Notes: generated from the letters alone by a model not told the origin. DNA of 64,000 bases from an uncultured Eubacterium sp. (GCF_934525195.1 NZ_CAKSZA010000001.1:64952-128951); one strand, 5' to 3'. Counted from the first letter of the stretch, positions 8,611-19,117 are shown. A program made the numbers and translations.

Positions 8611-9951
8611 TTAATCGGTTAATGATTTATCAATATCAGCTTGACGAATTAGTTTTTCTTTTGTATTACAATTAGGGTTGCCCGAAACGATTTTCACAAG
8701 AGCGTCAAGTTCCTCTGCAATTTCGTGACCCCGATAACCGAGTGCAATCAAATCTTTGCCCGTGATTGCAAGATCGCTCACCCTATAAGGCTCGCCCGAT
8801 GCGATGACCTGTAAGGTAATCTCTCTGATTTTATAAAGAGTGTCAATTTCTTCCTGTGCATATGTGAGATTATGCGTTGAAAGGTCGGCAATCTTCAAAT
8901 CTATATAATCAAAAATCATCTCCTCGCCGAAAACACGAAGCCATTTTTTTATATTCTTACGCTTGATTGTGATGTGGTCGTCGTGATATTTTACAAGCAT
9001 TGTGACCTTGTTGAAAACATCATTGCTGACCTTTAGTCTTTTGAGAACCGTTGCGGTTATTTTTTCGCCCTCAAAGCCGTGGAATTTGAAATGGTCATTG
9101 CCGTTTTCGTCCGTTGTTTTGGTTTGCGGCTTTGCTATATCGTGAAAAAGAAGTGCAAGGCGGATATAGTCCTTGTTCGGTGCAACAGCAACTGATTTTA
9201 CAATATGGGTATAAACATCATAAATGTGCCATTTGCTGACCTGTCGAAAATCAAAAGTCGGCACAAGTTCGGGAATAATCACGCCGATTACATCCCTGTA
9301 TTCCAACAAAACACGCTCACAATTTTTGCCCAAAAGGAGCTTGACAAGTTCAACATAAATTCGTTCAACTGCAATGTTTTTCAGGAGTTCTTTATTATCG
9401 TGCACGGCTTTTGAAGTATGTTGTTCAACATCAAAACCGAGAACAGAAGCAAAGCGAATACAACGCATAATGCGGAGTGCATCCTCCTCAAACCTTTTGT
9501 TTGGGTTGCCGACTGCACGAATAGCCTTGTTTTTTATATCATCGACTCCGCCGAAGCAATCAACAAAACCGACCGTGTCGTTATACGCAATCGAATTCAT
9601 AGTGAAATCACGGCGGGCAAGGTCGAGCCTTACATCCGTTACGAAATCAACGCTGTCGGGGTGGCGGTTATCGGCATAACCCCCTTCGGTACGAAATGTG
9701 GTTATCTCATACGGAATATGATTGACAAGTGCCGTAACCGTGCCGTGCTTGATGCCCGTTTCTATAAACTTTATGCCGTTATTTGCCAAAATCTGCTCCG
9801 TCTGCTCAGGAGTGGCAGATGTAGTTATGTCAATATCTTTTTCGGCAACGCCCATAAGAGCATCACGGACACAACCGCCCACAGCGTAGGCAGTGTGACC
9901 GTTTTGCTCAAACAGAGATATTAACATTTTTGCATCATTCGGCAAATTCAT
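8611..9951 (-). CDS. cca: CCA-adding tRNA nucleotidyltransferase
   Basis: GGCVRDALMG...DIDITT polymerase-beta nucleotidyltransferase head, plus an HD region (LLFHDIAKP). Confidence 0.9.
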   Translation of the reverse strand: MNLPNDAKMLISLFEQNGHTAYAVGGCVRDALMGVAEKDIDITTSATPEQTEQILANNGIKFIETGIKHGTVTALVNHIPYEITTFRTEGGYADNRHPDSVDFVTDVRLDLARRDFTMNSIAYNDTVGFVDCFGGVDDIKNKAIRAVGNPNKRFEEDALRIMRCIRFASVLGFDVEQHTSKAVHDNKELLKNIAVERIYVELVKLLLGKNCERVLLEYRDVIGVIIPELVPTFDFRQVSKWHIYDVYTHIVKSVAVAPNKDYIRLALLFHDIAKPQTKTTDENGNDHFKFHGFEGEKITATVLKRLKVSNDVFNKVTMLVKYHDDHITIKRKNIKKWLRVFGEEMIFDYIDLKIADLSTHNLTYAQEEIDTLYKIREITLQVIASGEPYRVSDLAITGKDLIALGYRGHEIAEELDALVKIVSGNPNCNTKEKLIRQADIDKSLTD

Positions 9952-9966
9952 ATTATGTTCCTTTTA

Positions 9967-12891
9967 TCAAATACCGATTGTGATAATTTCAAACGGTGAA
10001 TACTTGATTGTATCGGTTTCGCCGATTTCTTCTTCAAGCATATTGAGAAGTTTAACGGTTCTGTCGAGTTTGATTTCGCCTCTTGCACCATTTTGTTCAG
10101 ACAATCTGACAACAGTCATTTCGCTGTCCTCCGCTTTCTTTACCGCCTGAAGATAAAGCGGTTCAAAAGTCGGAAGTGTACACTCAACATCAGCCTTGAC
10201 AAGCGGTGCATTGTATTGAAGTGCAATCTTGTTTATATCGGCAGAAACAGCATCACCGCTATGTGGCATAATCATATAGCAAAAATCATGACTGCCCATA
10301 TCGGAAGTGACATCAGGGCGGATTGTTGCACGAAGAAGCGAAAGGCTCATCTTGTTTTCGTCAAATCCGACACCGTACTTGCCCTCATTAATGAGAGAAA
10401 TACCTCCGCCTGTTTCCGACATATCGCACCACTTGTGGTGGCAGACTTCAAATCTTGCCTGCTGCCAGGTGGTGTTTTTGTTTGTTTCTCGTTCTATAAA
10501 TCCTGCCGAAGTGTCGCAAAGGACTTTTCGGGTGAGGATATTTGAAGCAAATTCAACCTTTGCAAGTCTGTGCTTTTCGTTCCACGAAACTTGATTTTCA
10601 ACTTCTATTCCCCTGCTTTGACGGAAGAAGCGAACAAGCATTGTCCACGAAGATTTTTCTGTTGACAAAACGGTTTTGAAAGTTACGCTTTCGCCGTCCT
10701 GCTCAATTATTGCAAGAGGCTCTGTGACCTCAATTTCAATCTGTTTATCCTTATAATTCGGAAGAATATCCCAAGCGTCATAGTTACCGGGATTGTCGGT
10801 ATAAATCTTCAATTTATTGAAGTCGCCGTCTGTCCATTCTCTGCAAAGTTCGTTGTCATAAAGTGAGGAGAACGAGCCGTCGGAATTGAGACTTGCGGTA
10901 TAAAACGGTGTGGTAACTGTGCCGTTTTCAAATGTAAACCAATCATCGGTGTGTTTTGTGGCACGCAAGGTCTTTGACGAAAGTGCGGGAATTGACGGAA
11001 TGAGCCAATTTCCCTTTACTCCGTGACGGGTTGCAGAGCCGTTTTTATTTGGCACAAAGGTAAGCGCATTTCTTTCAAAATTGAGGGTGTTGAAATACTT
11101 TGAGCCTGTGCCGATAATTTCATCAAGTGCAGTTTCAATTTCGTTGTAATCAGCCATCGCGTCCTCATAAACAGGGTGAATATGAGAACCCGGAAGAATA
11201 TCGTGAAACTGATTTACAAGGAATTTTTTATATAGTGAGGTGAGGATTTCACGATTGTCATCCCCACGCAAAACAGAAAGCATTTCAGCAGTTCTGAATT
11301 TGAATTCAAGCTGTCTGTTTTTCTGCTTCAAATTACTTTTTGTGGTGAATGTTCCACGGTGCATTTCAAGGTACAATTCGCCGTCCCAAACCTCAAGATT
11401 TTTGTTATCTTTAAGATTCTTTTCGAGGAATTCCGCACCGCCCATATGCTCACATTTTGGCATAACAGACAATTTATCAAAGCGGTGCATAAGTTCAATC
11501 ATTTCCTCTGTGCAACCCGAACCGCCGTCACCGTAGCCAAACATATTCATAGTTTGACCGCCTTGGTCTTTGTCTATATATGCTTCCCAATTCTCCTGAA
11601 TTTGAGACGGAGCGTTCCAAGTTATAAAGTGGGTAGGCGGAACGCAGGCATAAACGCTGCTGCCGTCAATTCCTTTCCAAATGAAATTATTGTGTGGAAA
11701 ACGGTTTGTATCATTCCAAGTTGACATTTTGTTTGAAACAAAATAATCAACACCGCTCTTTTTGAGGATTTGAGGCATAATCCAGCTGTTGCCAAACACA
11801 TCGGGCAGCCAAGCATTATTGACATATTTACCGAACATTCGCTTATATGTTTTTTGACCGTAAAGGCATTGACGAATAAGACTTTCGGCACACGGAATAT
11901 TACAATCAGGTTCAACATACATTGCGCCGACAGGCTCGAACTGACCGTTTTTCACCTTTTGTTGAAGTTCCTTGAACACTTCAGGATAGTGCTTTTCCAA
12001 GGTTTCGTACACATACGGTTGAGTGTGAGTGTACTTGAAATCGGGATACTTATCCATCAAACGAAGTTGGATAAGCACAGTACGCAAATTCTTTTGAACA
12101 GCGTGAATTCTGCGCCAATAATACGCAATGTCAAGGTGAGAGTGTGCGATAAGTGCAACATCACCTGCCCCCTTATATGTATCATTTGCATAAATCACAT
12201 CATCAACATATTTTTTCGCTTCGCATACGCCGACAAGCTCATCGCCGTCAAAATCAATGAAGTTCATAGCGTTATTGAGTTCTCGGTTGAGGAAATCACG
12301 ATAGTCCTCGTTGAACAAATCCGATTTTGCAATATCAAGCAAAAGTTCAAAATCCCATACCAAATCCTGCACTTCGTGATTGACTGTACAGATATATGCG
12401 CCCTCAAAGATTTGACGGCAACCACGAACAGAAAGGCTTTCGGGATTTCGCTCATCATCAGGCTTTGAACGGTTATATCCCATCATATCAAAATGAAGAG
12501 TCTTTGTGTCGTCAACATAAGGAGAAAGGAGCATTCTCTCTCTGTTTGGGTCAACACCGCCAACATATTTGCCGTTGACCTTAACGCAAATTTCGGCTGC
12601 GGTTTTGAGCGAGAACCACAATTCTTTGCCTTGAAGTTCTTTTGGAATGTCAACATCAGCCTTGATAAATGCCGTGCCGTCGGGAGTAAAATACATATCA
12701 CCTTTTTGGAGCGGTCTGTAATCATCGGAATAATATTCAAACTCCATTTCGGACACCTGACGGGCATCTCTGATCATCAAATTTGTTATTTCCCACTTTG
12801 AGGAATAAATGTGTCTTTTGAGCCAGCCAAAGCGTAAATCCGTCCATTCTTCAGGACGCATAGAGCGTCTGACAACTTTTATATGTGCCAT
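9967..12891 (-). CDS. GH38-family alpha-mannosidase (cytoplasmic)
   Basis: 974 aa, IAHSHLDIAYYWRR and QFHDILPGS blocks typical of GH38. No signal peptide. Confidence 0.85.
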   Translation of the reverse strand: MAHIKVVRRSMRPEEWTDLRFGWLKRHIYSSKWEITNLMIRDARQVSEMEFEYYSDDYRPLQKGDMYFTPDGTAFIKADVDIPKELQGKELWFSLKTAAEICVKVNGKYVGGVDPNRERMLLSPYVDDTKTLHFDMMGYNRSKPDDERNPESLSVRGCRQIFEGAYICTVNHEVQDLVWDFELLLDIAKSDLFNEDYRDFLNRELNNAMNFIDFDGDELVGVCEAKKYVDDVIYANDTYKGAGDVALIAHSHLDIAYYWRRIHAVQKNLRTVLIQLRLMDKYPDFKYTHTQPYVYETLEKHYPEVFKELQQKVKNGQFEPVGAMYVEPDCNIPCAESLIRQCLYGQKTYKRMFGKYVNNAWLPDVFGNSWIMPQILKKSGVDYFVSNKMSTWNDTNRFPHNNFIWKGIDGSSVYACVPPTHFITWNAPSQIQENWEAYIDKDQGGQTMNMFGYGDGGSGCTEEMIELMHRFDKLSVMPKCEHMGGAEFLEKNLKDNKNLEVWDGELYLEMHRGTFTTKSNLKQKNRQLEFKFRTAEMLSVLRGDDNREILTSLYKKFLVNQFHDILPGSHIHPVYEDAMADYNEIETALDEIIGTGSKYFNTLNFERNALTFVPNKNGSATRHGVKGNWLIPSIPALSSKTLRATKHTDDWFTFENGTVTTPFYTASLNSDGSFSSLYDNELCREWTDGDFNKLKIYTDNPGNYDAWDILPNYKDKQIEIEVTEPLAIIEQDGESVTFKTVLSTEKSSWTMLVRFFRQSRGIEVENQVSWNEKHRLAKVEFASNILTRKVLCDTSAGFIERETNKNTTWQQARFEVCHHKWCDMSETGGGISLINEGKYGVGFDENKMSLSLLRATIRPDVTSDMGSHDFCYMIMPHSGDAVSADINKIALQYNAPLVKADVECTLPTFEPLYLQAVKKAEDSEMTVVRLSEQNGARGEIKLDRTVKLLNMLEEEIGETDTIKYSPFEIITIGI

Positions 12892-12903
12892 AGTTCACCC
12901 TCC

Positions 12904-13146
12904 TTAAACATCCTGAAAATACGGCTTTTTTCTTATTGCCGTGATATTCACATTCTTCTTGCAATCTCTTTTTATTTCGTCTTTTATCCAAGCAACGCAT
13001 CTGTCGAGGATGAGGCACTTTGAACATTCGCCACGAAAAATGACGGTCAATTCATCACCGCTGAGCGAATCGAATTCTATCCAACCGCCGTCGCCCTGAA
13101 TTTTCGGTTGAAGGACGGTTTCTATATATTTTTGAATCTTATCCAT
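12904..13146 (-). CDS. NifU-like (Nfu C-terminal type) Fe-S domain protein
   Basis: IQGDGGWIEF...FRGECSKC pattern. The start is taken at the ATG at 13146 (GAGG RBS) rather than 13197, which would overlap pgm by 44 nt. Confidence 0.65.
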   Translation of the reverse strand: MDKIQKYIETVLQPKIQGDGGWIEFDSLSGDELTVIFRGECSKCLILDRCVAWIKDEIKRDCKKNVNITAIRKKPYFQDV

Positions 13147-13153
13147 AGTCGCC

Positions 13154-14800
13154 TCACACATTAATAATTGAAGAAATTGTTTGTCTGATAGTTTCAAGTC
13201 GAGCCTTTGCGTTGCTCTTATCAGGGTCTACAATTGAATAATAAACCTTGATTTTCGGCTCTGTTCCACTTGGGCGAACAGCCATCCAAGAACCATCATT
13301 AAAAATATACTTGAGCACATTTTCCTTTGGCAAATCACGAATTCCGTCCTTGAAATCAACGATTTCCTTAATATTGGGTAAAAGTGCCGTGCCTTTATTT
13401 CTGAATTCAACCATAAGATTTTGGATTTTCTCTGCACCGTCTTTGCCCTTTAAGACAAAACTGTCGAGAAAATCGAGATAATAGCCGTATTTATCGTAAA
13501 TTTCGTTAAGACCGTCAACAAGGGTTTTGCCTTGATTTTTGTACCAAGCAGCCATTTCGCAAACAAGCATCGAGGACACAACGCCGTCCTTATCTCTTGC
13601 GTGAGTGCCGACCAAATAGCCGTACGACTCCTCATAGCCGATAACAAATTCCTGCTCACCCGATGCCTCATATTTATTGATTTTATCACCGATATACTTA
13701 AATCCTGTGAGAGTTTCCTCAACCTGCAAGCCGAAGCTTCTGCCAATATTTGCACCAAGTTCGGAAGTTACAATAGTTTTTACAAGAGTTGATTTTGAAT
13801 TGAGGCTGTCTTTTTTCATAGTCAACACAAAGTTAACAAGCAAAGCGCCTGTTTGGTTGCCTGTCAAAAGAACATACTCACCGTTGTGTTTTACGGCAAC
13901 ACCGACTCTGTCGCAATCGGGGTCGGTGCCGAGAACGATGTCGGCATCCTTTTCTTTGGCAAGTTCAATGCCCAAAGTAAGAGCCTTTCTGTCCTCCGGA
14001 TTTGGAGAAACAACCGTTGGGAAATTACCATCGGGATTTTCCTGTTCGGAAACAATATAAACTGTCTTGCCCTCAAGCACCTTGCGAACAGGAACATTGC
14101 CTGTGCCGTGAAGCGGAGTGTACACAATCTTCAACTCGCTGTGTTCGTTATAAAGCGACTGTGTTTTAACAGCCTTGATGAATTCGTCAAAAAGTTCGTC
14201 ATAAACGCCGACAATCATACCGTCGGAAATATATTCGTCAACGCTTTTTACATCTTTATACACGGATGAATAATCGTCAATAGCATTGATATAAGAGAGC
14301 ACTTCTTTTGCATCATCGGTGCAAAGCTGGCAACCTGTATTGTCATAAGCCTTGTAGCCGTTATATTCCTTTGGGTTATGCGAAGCGGTAATCATAACAC
14401 CTGCGTTGCAATGCAAATACCGTGTTGCAAAAGAAAGCATAGGAACAGGCACAATTTGAGTATAAGCATAAACCTTTATGCCCTGCGACGCAAAAACTCT
14501 TGCACTGTCCCACTCAAACGCACGGGAATTAAGGCGAGAGTCGCAAGCAATGGCAACGCTGATTTCGCCGTCGTACTTATCTTTGAGATACTTTGCAAAG
14601 CCGAGAGAAGCCTTGCCCACGGTGTACGAATTCATACGGTTTGTTCCTGCGCCCATAATGCCACGAAGTCCGCCCGTGCCGAACGCCAAATCCTTATAAA
14701 ATCTATCCTCAATTTCTTTTTTATCGGTGACAGATTCAAGTTCTTTTTTTGTTTCATCATCAAATGTCAGCCACAAATTATATTTTTGATTGATGTCCAT
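13154..14800 (-). CDS. Alpha-phosphohexomutase (phosphoglucomutase/phosphomannomutase, PgcA-like)
   Basis: 548 aa, active-site loop TASHNPKEYNGYK, metal loop GTDPDCDR. Confidence 0.92.
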   Translation of the reverse strand: MDINQKYNLWLTFDDETKKELESVTDKKEIEDRFYKDLAFGTGGLRGIMGAGTNRMNSYTVGKASLGFAKYLKDKYDGEISVAIACDSRLNSRAFEWDSARVFASQGIKVYAYTQIVPVPMLSFATRYLHCNAGVMITASHNPKEYNGYKAYDNTGCQLCTDDAKEVLSYINAIDDYSSVYKDVKSVDEYISDGMIVGVYDELFDEFIKAVKTQSLYNEHSELKIVYTPLHGTGNVPVRKVLEGKTVYIVSEQENPDGNFPTVVSPNPEDRKALTLGIELAKEKDADIVLGTDPDCDRVGVAVKHNGEYVLLTGNQTGALLVNFVLTMKKDSLNSKSTLVKTIVTSELGANIGRSFGLQVEETLTGFKYIGDKINKYEASGEQEFVIGYEESYGYLVGTHARDKDGVVSSMLVCEMAAWYKNQGKTLVDGLNEIYDKYGYYLDFLDSFVLKGKDGAEKIQNLMVEFRNKGTALLPNIKEIVDFKDGIRDLPKENVLKYIFNDGSWMAVRPSGTEPKIKVYYSIVDPDKSNAKARLETIRQTISSIINV

Positions 14801-14884
14801 AATTGTCCTCCTGATGCAAATAAATTTGCTTAAAGCGATTTGCCCAACAAAAATGAGATTTTATCGGGTTTATTATACAACAAA

Positions 14885-14906
14885 AGAGGTAGACAGGTCT
14901 ACCTCT
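14885..14906 (-). terminator. Hairpin terminator downstream of the GPH transporter gene (bidirectional in shape)
   Basis: agaggtagac/gtctacctct 10-bp stem, with T-runs on both strands. Confidence 0.6.
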
Positions 14907-14930
14907 TTTTAGCAATTAATGAAATTTTTA

Positions 14931-17489
14931 TTATTTCTTAGAAGCCTTTTTAGCAGCCTTTTCAGCCTTGCGGCGTTCAAGCTCTTCCTTCTCCTCAGCG
15001 AGACGCTTTGCTTCTTCTTCAGCCTCTTGCTTTTCGGCAAGTGCTACATTTGCCTTTGCAGTTTCATACTGAGCGGCAATTTCATCGAAGTGTGAGAAGT
15101 TTTCTTGTTGAGCCAAGAGCTTCTTAGCGTCAACATATGGCTTTGCGGCACGGTTGAACTGTGCATGCTTATCCATTTCTGCCTTTGAAAGCTTGCGAAC
15201 TTCCTTGCGTTCCTCTGAAAGCTTCTTAATTTCAGCCTTAAGTCTCTTAACTTCTGAGAAGTCCTTATCTTTCTTTGCGATATGGCTAAGCTTTGCAAGC
15301 TCTGCAATCTTTTCGTCGAGTCCATCTTCCTGATTGAAGTACTGCTCGATTGTGTCGAAGCTGAGTTCCTTGAACTCGTTTACAGTGCCGAAGAACTTAT
15401 TGTATGCCTTAACAGCAGAAATCTGGCTCTTTGCAAGTTCAATATAGAACTTTCTGATTTCCTTTTCTTCTTCTGTGTTTGCAGGCATAGTCTTTGCCTT
15501 TTGAAGCTGAGCCTTTGCACCGTCAAGTGAAGTGTTCTTGATACCGTCAAGACCTGCTTCGAAAATCTTGTTGTATGCTTCAAGCTTATGCTTACCGAGT
15601 TCTGAATCGAACTTGTTAAGCTCATCCATAACAAACTGTGAAACTTCGATTTCTTCGTTATATTCAAGAGCTTCTCTGTATGCTTTTTTAGCTGCTTTAC
15701 GCTCTGCCTTGTCGGATATGCCTTTATATGATGACTTATCAACAACCTTTGGAGTGGCAACTGCCATTTCCTTGGCATTGTTGACAAGGTCAATCATTTC
15801 AACAATGTCTTTATCCTTCATAGCGTTGTTGCCATAGTCCTCGAATACGGCACGAACCTTAAGAACACGAACATATGACTTTTGCTTCTTCTCTGTCAAG
15901 TCATAGAAGAAGAACGGAATAACATTGAGTGTAGCACCGAGAGCAGCGATAAGAACCAAAATACGAAGAAGTGGCAACAAGATACCGTCTACATTATAAA
16001 GTGCCGATGATGGGTTGATAAAGTTGTTTTGACCGTTTGCAAGCTGATCTGAAAGCATTTGGCTGATTGGCTGTTCAGTACCCGGAAGAACTCTTGACAT
16101 AAGAGATGCATCACTTGTTACCTTTTGAGCCATAGCGGCAGTCATACCGTATTTTTCCTGAAGTGCAGGAAGAATGCCGGCTGTAAGGAGTGTGATTACA
16201 CTGCCGATAGCAGCAACTGCGGCAAACATACCATCGATACGCTCACCTGTTCTGTACTGCTGATAGTCACGGATGTCAGCTTGGATTGACGGGTTAAGAA
16301 TATGAGCAAACGCACCGACAATACCGTTGAGGTAAAGACAAGCAAGAACTGCCCAAATTACATAGTTTTGAATGTTACCGTCCGGAGCAGCAGAGCTGTG
16401 GAAGAACGGATACATACAAAGAATGAACAAAATGTTGAAAAGGTTTGTAACAATCTGAACCTTTTTCTTACCCCATTTTCTGATACAAAGCGGAGCAAGA
16501 AGCATACCCCAAAGGGAGGCGTTGCCGTAAACGGTAGTTATGATTGCGTATGTACCTTGTGAGCAGGCACCGCCATAGTTACAGAGCCAATAAAGGATGT
16601 TTGAATAAGCTGTTTCGAGGAAACCAATCCATGTAGCAAGAGAGATAATCCAGAAATACTTATTCTTTGCAACTTCACGAAGTGCGTCTGTAAACTTAAT
16701 CTGAATAACGTGAGTTTTAGCCTGAATAATCTTTTCCTGTGTGTTTGCATAAACAATAAATACAAGAAGAATACCGATAACGCCGACAACAGGGAAAGCA
16801 ATTCTGTAAACCTTAATATCAGTCTGATTTGTCTTAAGCATTGCTGCAATAAGAGGAATGATAAGGTTATATACGGTTGGACCGAAAGAATATACAACGC
16901 TCTTGATTGATGCAACATCGGCACGCTCTTGTGAGTTTGGAGAAAGTACGTGAATAAGGTTTTCGTATGCATCATAGAAGAAGTTGTAGAAGAATTGAAG
17001 AGCAATGTTGAACGCAAGAATAACCGCACACTTTGCGATATATTCGCTGCTCTTGCCAAAAGCTTGACCGTCACCGACGATGAGGTGAAGTTTATCGTAC
17101 GGGAACCAAACCATTGCAACAAAAATGATTGCACAAGGGATACCCATTCTCAAAAGATACGGTCGATATTTACCTGCTTTGTTTCGGGTGTTGTCTACTA
17201 TATTAGCACGAACACCTGTAAGCGGGATACCTGACAAAATTGCGATAACGTACATAATGTACATATCTGTAAGACCGATACCGATTGTACCGGACAAGAA
17301 TACGTTTGTTGCACCCAAAATACAAGGGTAGCTCATACAAACGATTAAGTAAGCACCTATACCGCCGAAAGCGTATGAGGCGATTTCCTTAAAGGACATA
17401 TATCTGCCCTTTGCAGGCTTTTTCCAGTAGTACTTCACTTGATCAATCAAGGTCTTTACTTTACCGGACTGCTGTGTTTTTTCAGCCAT
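14931..17489 (-). CDS. GPH/MFS_2-family glycoside-cation symporter with a ~300-aa C-terminal coiled-coil extension
   Basis: Polytopic N-terminal ~550 aa with the GPH loop DNTRNKAGKYRPYLL. The tail is K/E/A-rich. The start is taken at the ATG at 17489 (AGGAG RBS), not 17531. Confidence 0.8.
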   Translation of the reverse strand: MAEKTQQSGKVKTLIDQVKYYWKKPAKGRYMSFKEIASYAFGGIGAYLIVCMSYPCILGATNVFLSGTIGIGLTDMYIMYVIAILSGIPLTGVRANIVDNTRNKAGKYRPYLLRMGIPCAIIFVAMVWFPYDKLHLIVGDGQAFGKSSEYIAKCAVILAFNIALQFFYNFFYDAYENLIHVLSPNSQERADVASIKSVVYSFGPTVYNLIIPLIAAMLKTNQTDIKVYRIAFPVVGVIGILLVFIVYANTQEKIIQAKTHVIQIKFTDALREVAKNKYFWIISLATWIGFLETAYSNILYWLCNYGGACSQGTYAIITTVYGNASLWGMLLAPLCIRKWGKKKVQIVTNLFNILFILCMYPFFHSSAAPDGNIQNYVIWAVLACLYLNGIVGAFAHILNPSIQADIRDYQQYRTGERIDGMFAAVAAIGSVITLLTAGILPALQEKYGMTAAMAQKVTSDASLMSRVLPGTEQPISQMLSDQLANGQNNFINPSSALYNVDGILLPLLRILVLIAALGATLNVIPFFFYDLTEKKQKSYVRVLKVRAVFEDYGNNAMKDKDIVEMIDLVNNAKEMAVATPKVVDKSSYKGISDKAERKAAKKAYREALEYNEEIEVSQFVMDELNKFDSELGKHKLEAYNKIFEAGLDGIKNTSLDGAKAQLQKAKTMPANTEEEKEIRKFYIELAKSQISAVKAYNKFFGTVNEFKELSFDTIEQYFNQEDGLDEKIAELAKLSHIAKKDKDFSEVKRLKAEIKKLSEERKEVRKLSKAEMDKHAQFNRAAKPYVDAKKLLAQQENFSHFDEIAAQYETAKANVALAEKQEAEEEAKRLAEEKEELERRKAEKAAKKASKK

Positions 17490-17671
17490 AAAAATTACTC
17501 CTTTACAAATACTTCCAATATGATAACACATCTTGTAATTAAATACAAGAAAATTAATTGAAAAGACAAAAATTTATACAATTTGAATATTTTATCTCTA
17601 AATTTAGTGCAATATTGTTAAAAAATTGTAAAATTCAACGACAAAATGTGCTTTTAAAGTATATTTTAATT

Positions 17672-17717
17672 GTTAAAAAAATAAACAAGCTCCCCTTACC
17701 AAAACGACAAGAGGAGC
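17672..17717 (-). terminator. Rho-independent terminator after the fucosidase gene
   Basis: gctcctctt/aaggggagc stem followed by a T-rich run on the minus strand. Confidence 0.6.
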
Positions 17718-17737
17718 AACATGAAACATATTGAATT

Positions 17738-19117
17738 TTATTCGTAAAAACCAACTGATTTGATGTGAGGAGTTGAACGGCTTTGACGGATAACAAGAAC
17801 TGCGCCTGTTGCTTTTTTGTTAAGCTTAACAATTTTCTTTGCGCCAACGATTGTGCCCTGATAAGCACGCTTGTAGCTTCCGTTCGGCTTTTTGATATAA
17901 AGGTCAAACTTTTCAATTCTCTGTGAATAAGTCAAATCTTCGCTGATAACAAAATATCTGAGTTTCTTCGCAGAGTCAAAGTCGAATTCGAAATAACCTT
18001 GATTTTCTTTGAGCTCACCGATATTCTGCTCCAAAACAGGATAAGCCGTGATGTCCTTGATTTTTTCGCCAAGGGCTTTGAGGCTATGAACATCCTTTGC
18101 ACAAATTACACCCTTATCGGTTGGCGGAATATTAAGGAGAAGTGTGCAGTTGTTGCCGACAGATGTGAGATAAATCTTGAAAAGTCGTCTTGCACTCTTT
18201 ACGGTTCTGTCATCTTTTTTGTGATAGAACCAACCCTTACGGATTGAAACATCAACCTCGGCAGGATACCAAGAGAGATTTGCATTTTTCTTGAGGATGT
18301 TTCTTGAACCCAAGTCCTCATCCATAGTGTCTACCTTTTGAAGTCTTGCGGCGTCACCCTCTGCATTTTGGCTGTTCTTTTCGATAGCTTCGCACTGTTT
18401 GAGAGAAGCAGGAACAACAGAATATTCATTCTTTCTTGCCTTGCCTGCCTCATTGCCTACCCAACGGATATCCTCACCGCAGATAGCAATATTTGCATTT
18501 GGTTGCATTGTACGGATAAGTTTGTAATATCTCTGCCAATCATATGTAAACGCCTTTGCATTCGCACCCTTTGCACCGTCAAACCAAACCTCAAAAAGTT
18601 CACCGTAGTTACCGCAAAGTTCTGTAAGCTGACGAATGAAATAATCATTATACTGCTCTGTTCCATAGGTCGGCTCGTGCATATCCCACGGAGAGAGATA
18701 AACGCCGAATTCAATGCCCTGATTGTGACATTCATCCGACACAGCCTTTACAATATCCTTGCCCATAGGGCTGTTCATAACATTGAAATCTGTTGTGCCT
18801 GTGTTCCAAAGGCAGAAACCGTCGTGGTGCTTACAAGTGAGGATAACGCCCGTCATACCGGCGGCTTTAACGGTCTTTACCCACTGTTCAGGCTTGATTT
18901 TTGTAATATCAAAATCAGAAGCAACCTCGCTTCCGCAACCCCATTCTCTGTCGTTTGCGGTGTTCATACCAAAGTGGAAGAACGCATAAAACGGCTTGTC
19001 CTGAAGTCTTTGTTGGCTCGGAGTAGGAACAACTGAAATATATCTCTGCACCTCTGCATCATTGAGAGGCGCACCGTTATTGTCGGTTGTCCAGTTTCTG
19101 TCAAGTTTCATATTCAT
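17738..19117 (-). CDS. GH29-family alpha-L-fucosidase (no signal peptide)
   Basis: FHFGMNT...EWG, LTCKHHDGFCLWNT and VWFDGA blocks. The C-terminal ~100 aa is beta-sandwich-like. Confidence 0.85.
   Translation of the reverse strand: MNMKLDRNWTTDNNGAPLNDAEVQRYISVVPTPSQQRLQDKPFYAFFHFGMNTANDREWGCGSEVASDFDITKIKPEQWVKTVKAAGMTGVILTCKHHDGFCLWNTGTTDFNVMNSPMGKDIVKAVSDECHNQGIEFGVYLSPWDMHEPTYGTEQYNDYFIRQLTELCGNYGELFEVWFDGAKGANAKAFTYDWQRYYKLIRTMQPNANIAICGEDIRWVGNEAGKARKNEYSVVPASLKQCEAIEKNSQNAEGDAARLQKVDTMDEDLGSRNILKKNANLSWYPAEVDVSIRKGWFYHKKDDRTVKSARRLFKIYLTSVGNNCTLLLNIPPTDKGVICAKDVHSLKALGEKIKDITAYPVLEQNIGELKENQGYFEFDFDSAKKLRYFVISEDLTYSQRIEKFDLYIKKPNGSYKRAYQGTIVGAKKIVKLNKKATGAVLVIRQSRSTPHIKSVGFYE

Noticed and set aside
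17532-17549. The palindrome CTTGTAATTAAATACAAG upstream of the GPH transporter gene as a LacI-family or cre operator.
   Set aside because: It does not match the cre consensus (no central CG; the arms differ from TGWAANCGNTNWCA), and it is AT-rich. It lies within the out-of-frame N-terminal extension of the ORF-track model. This is too weak to report as a site.
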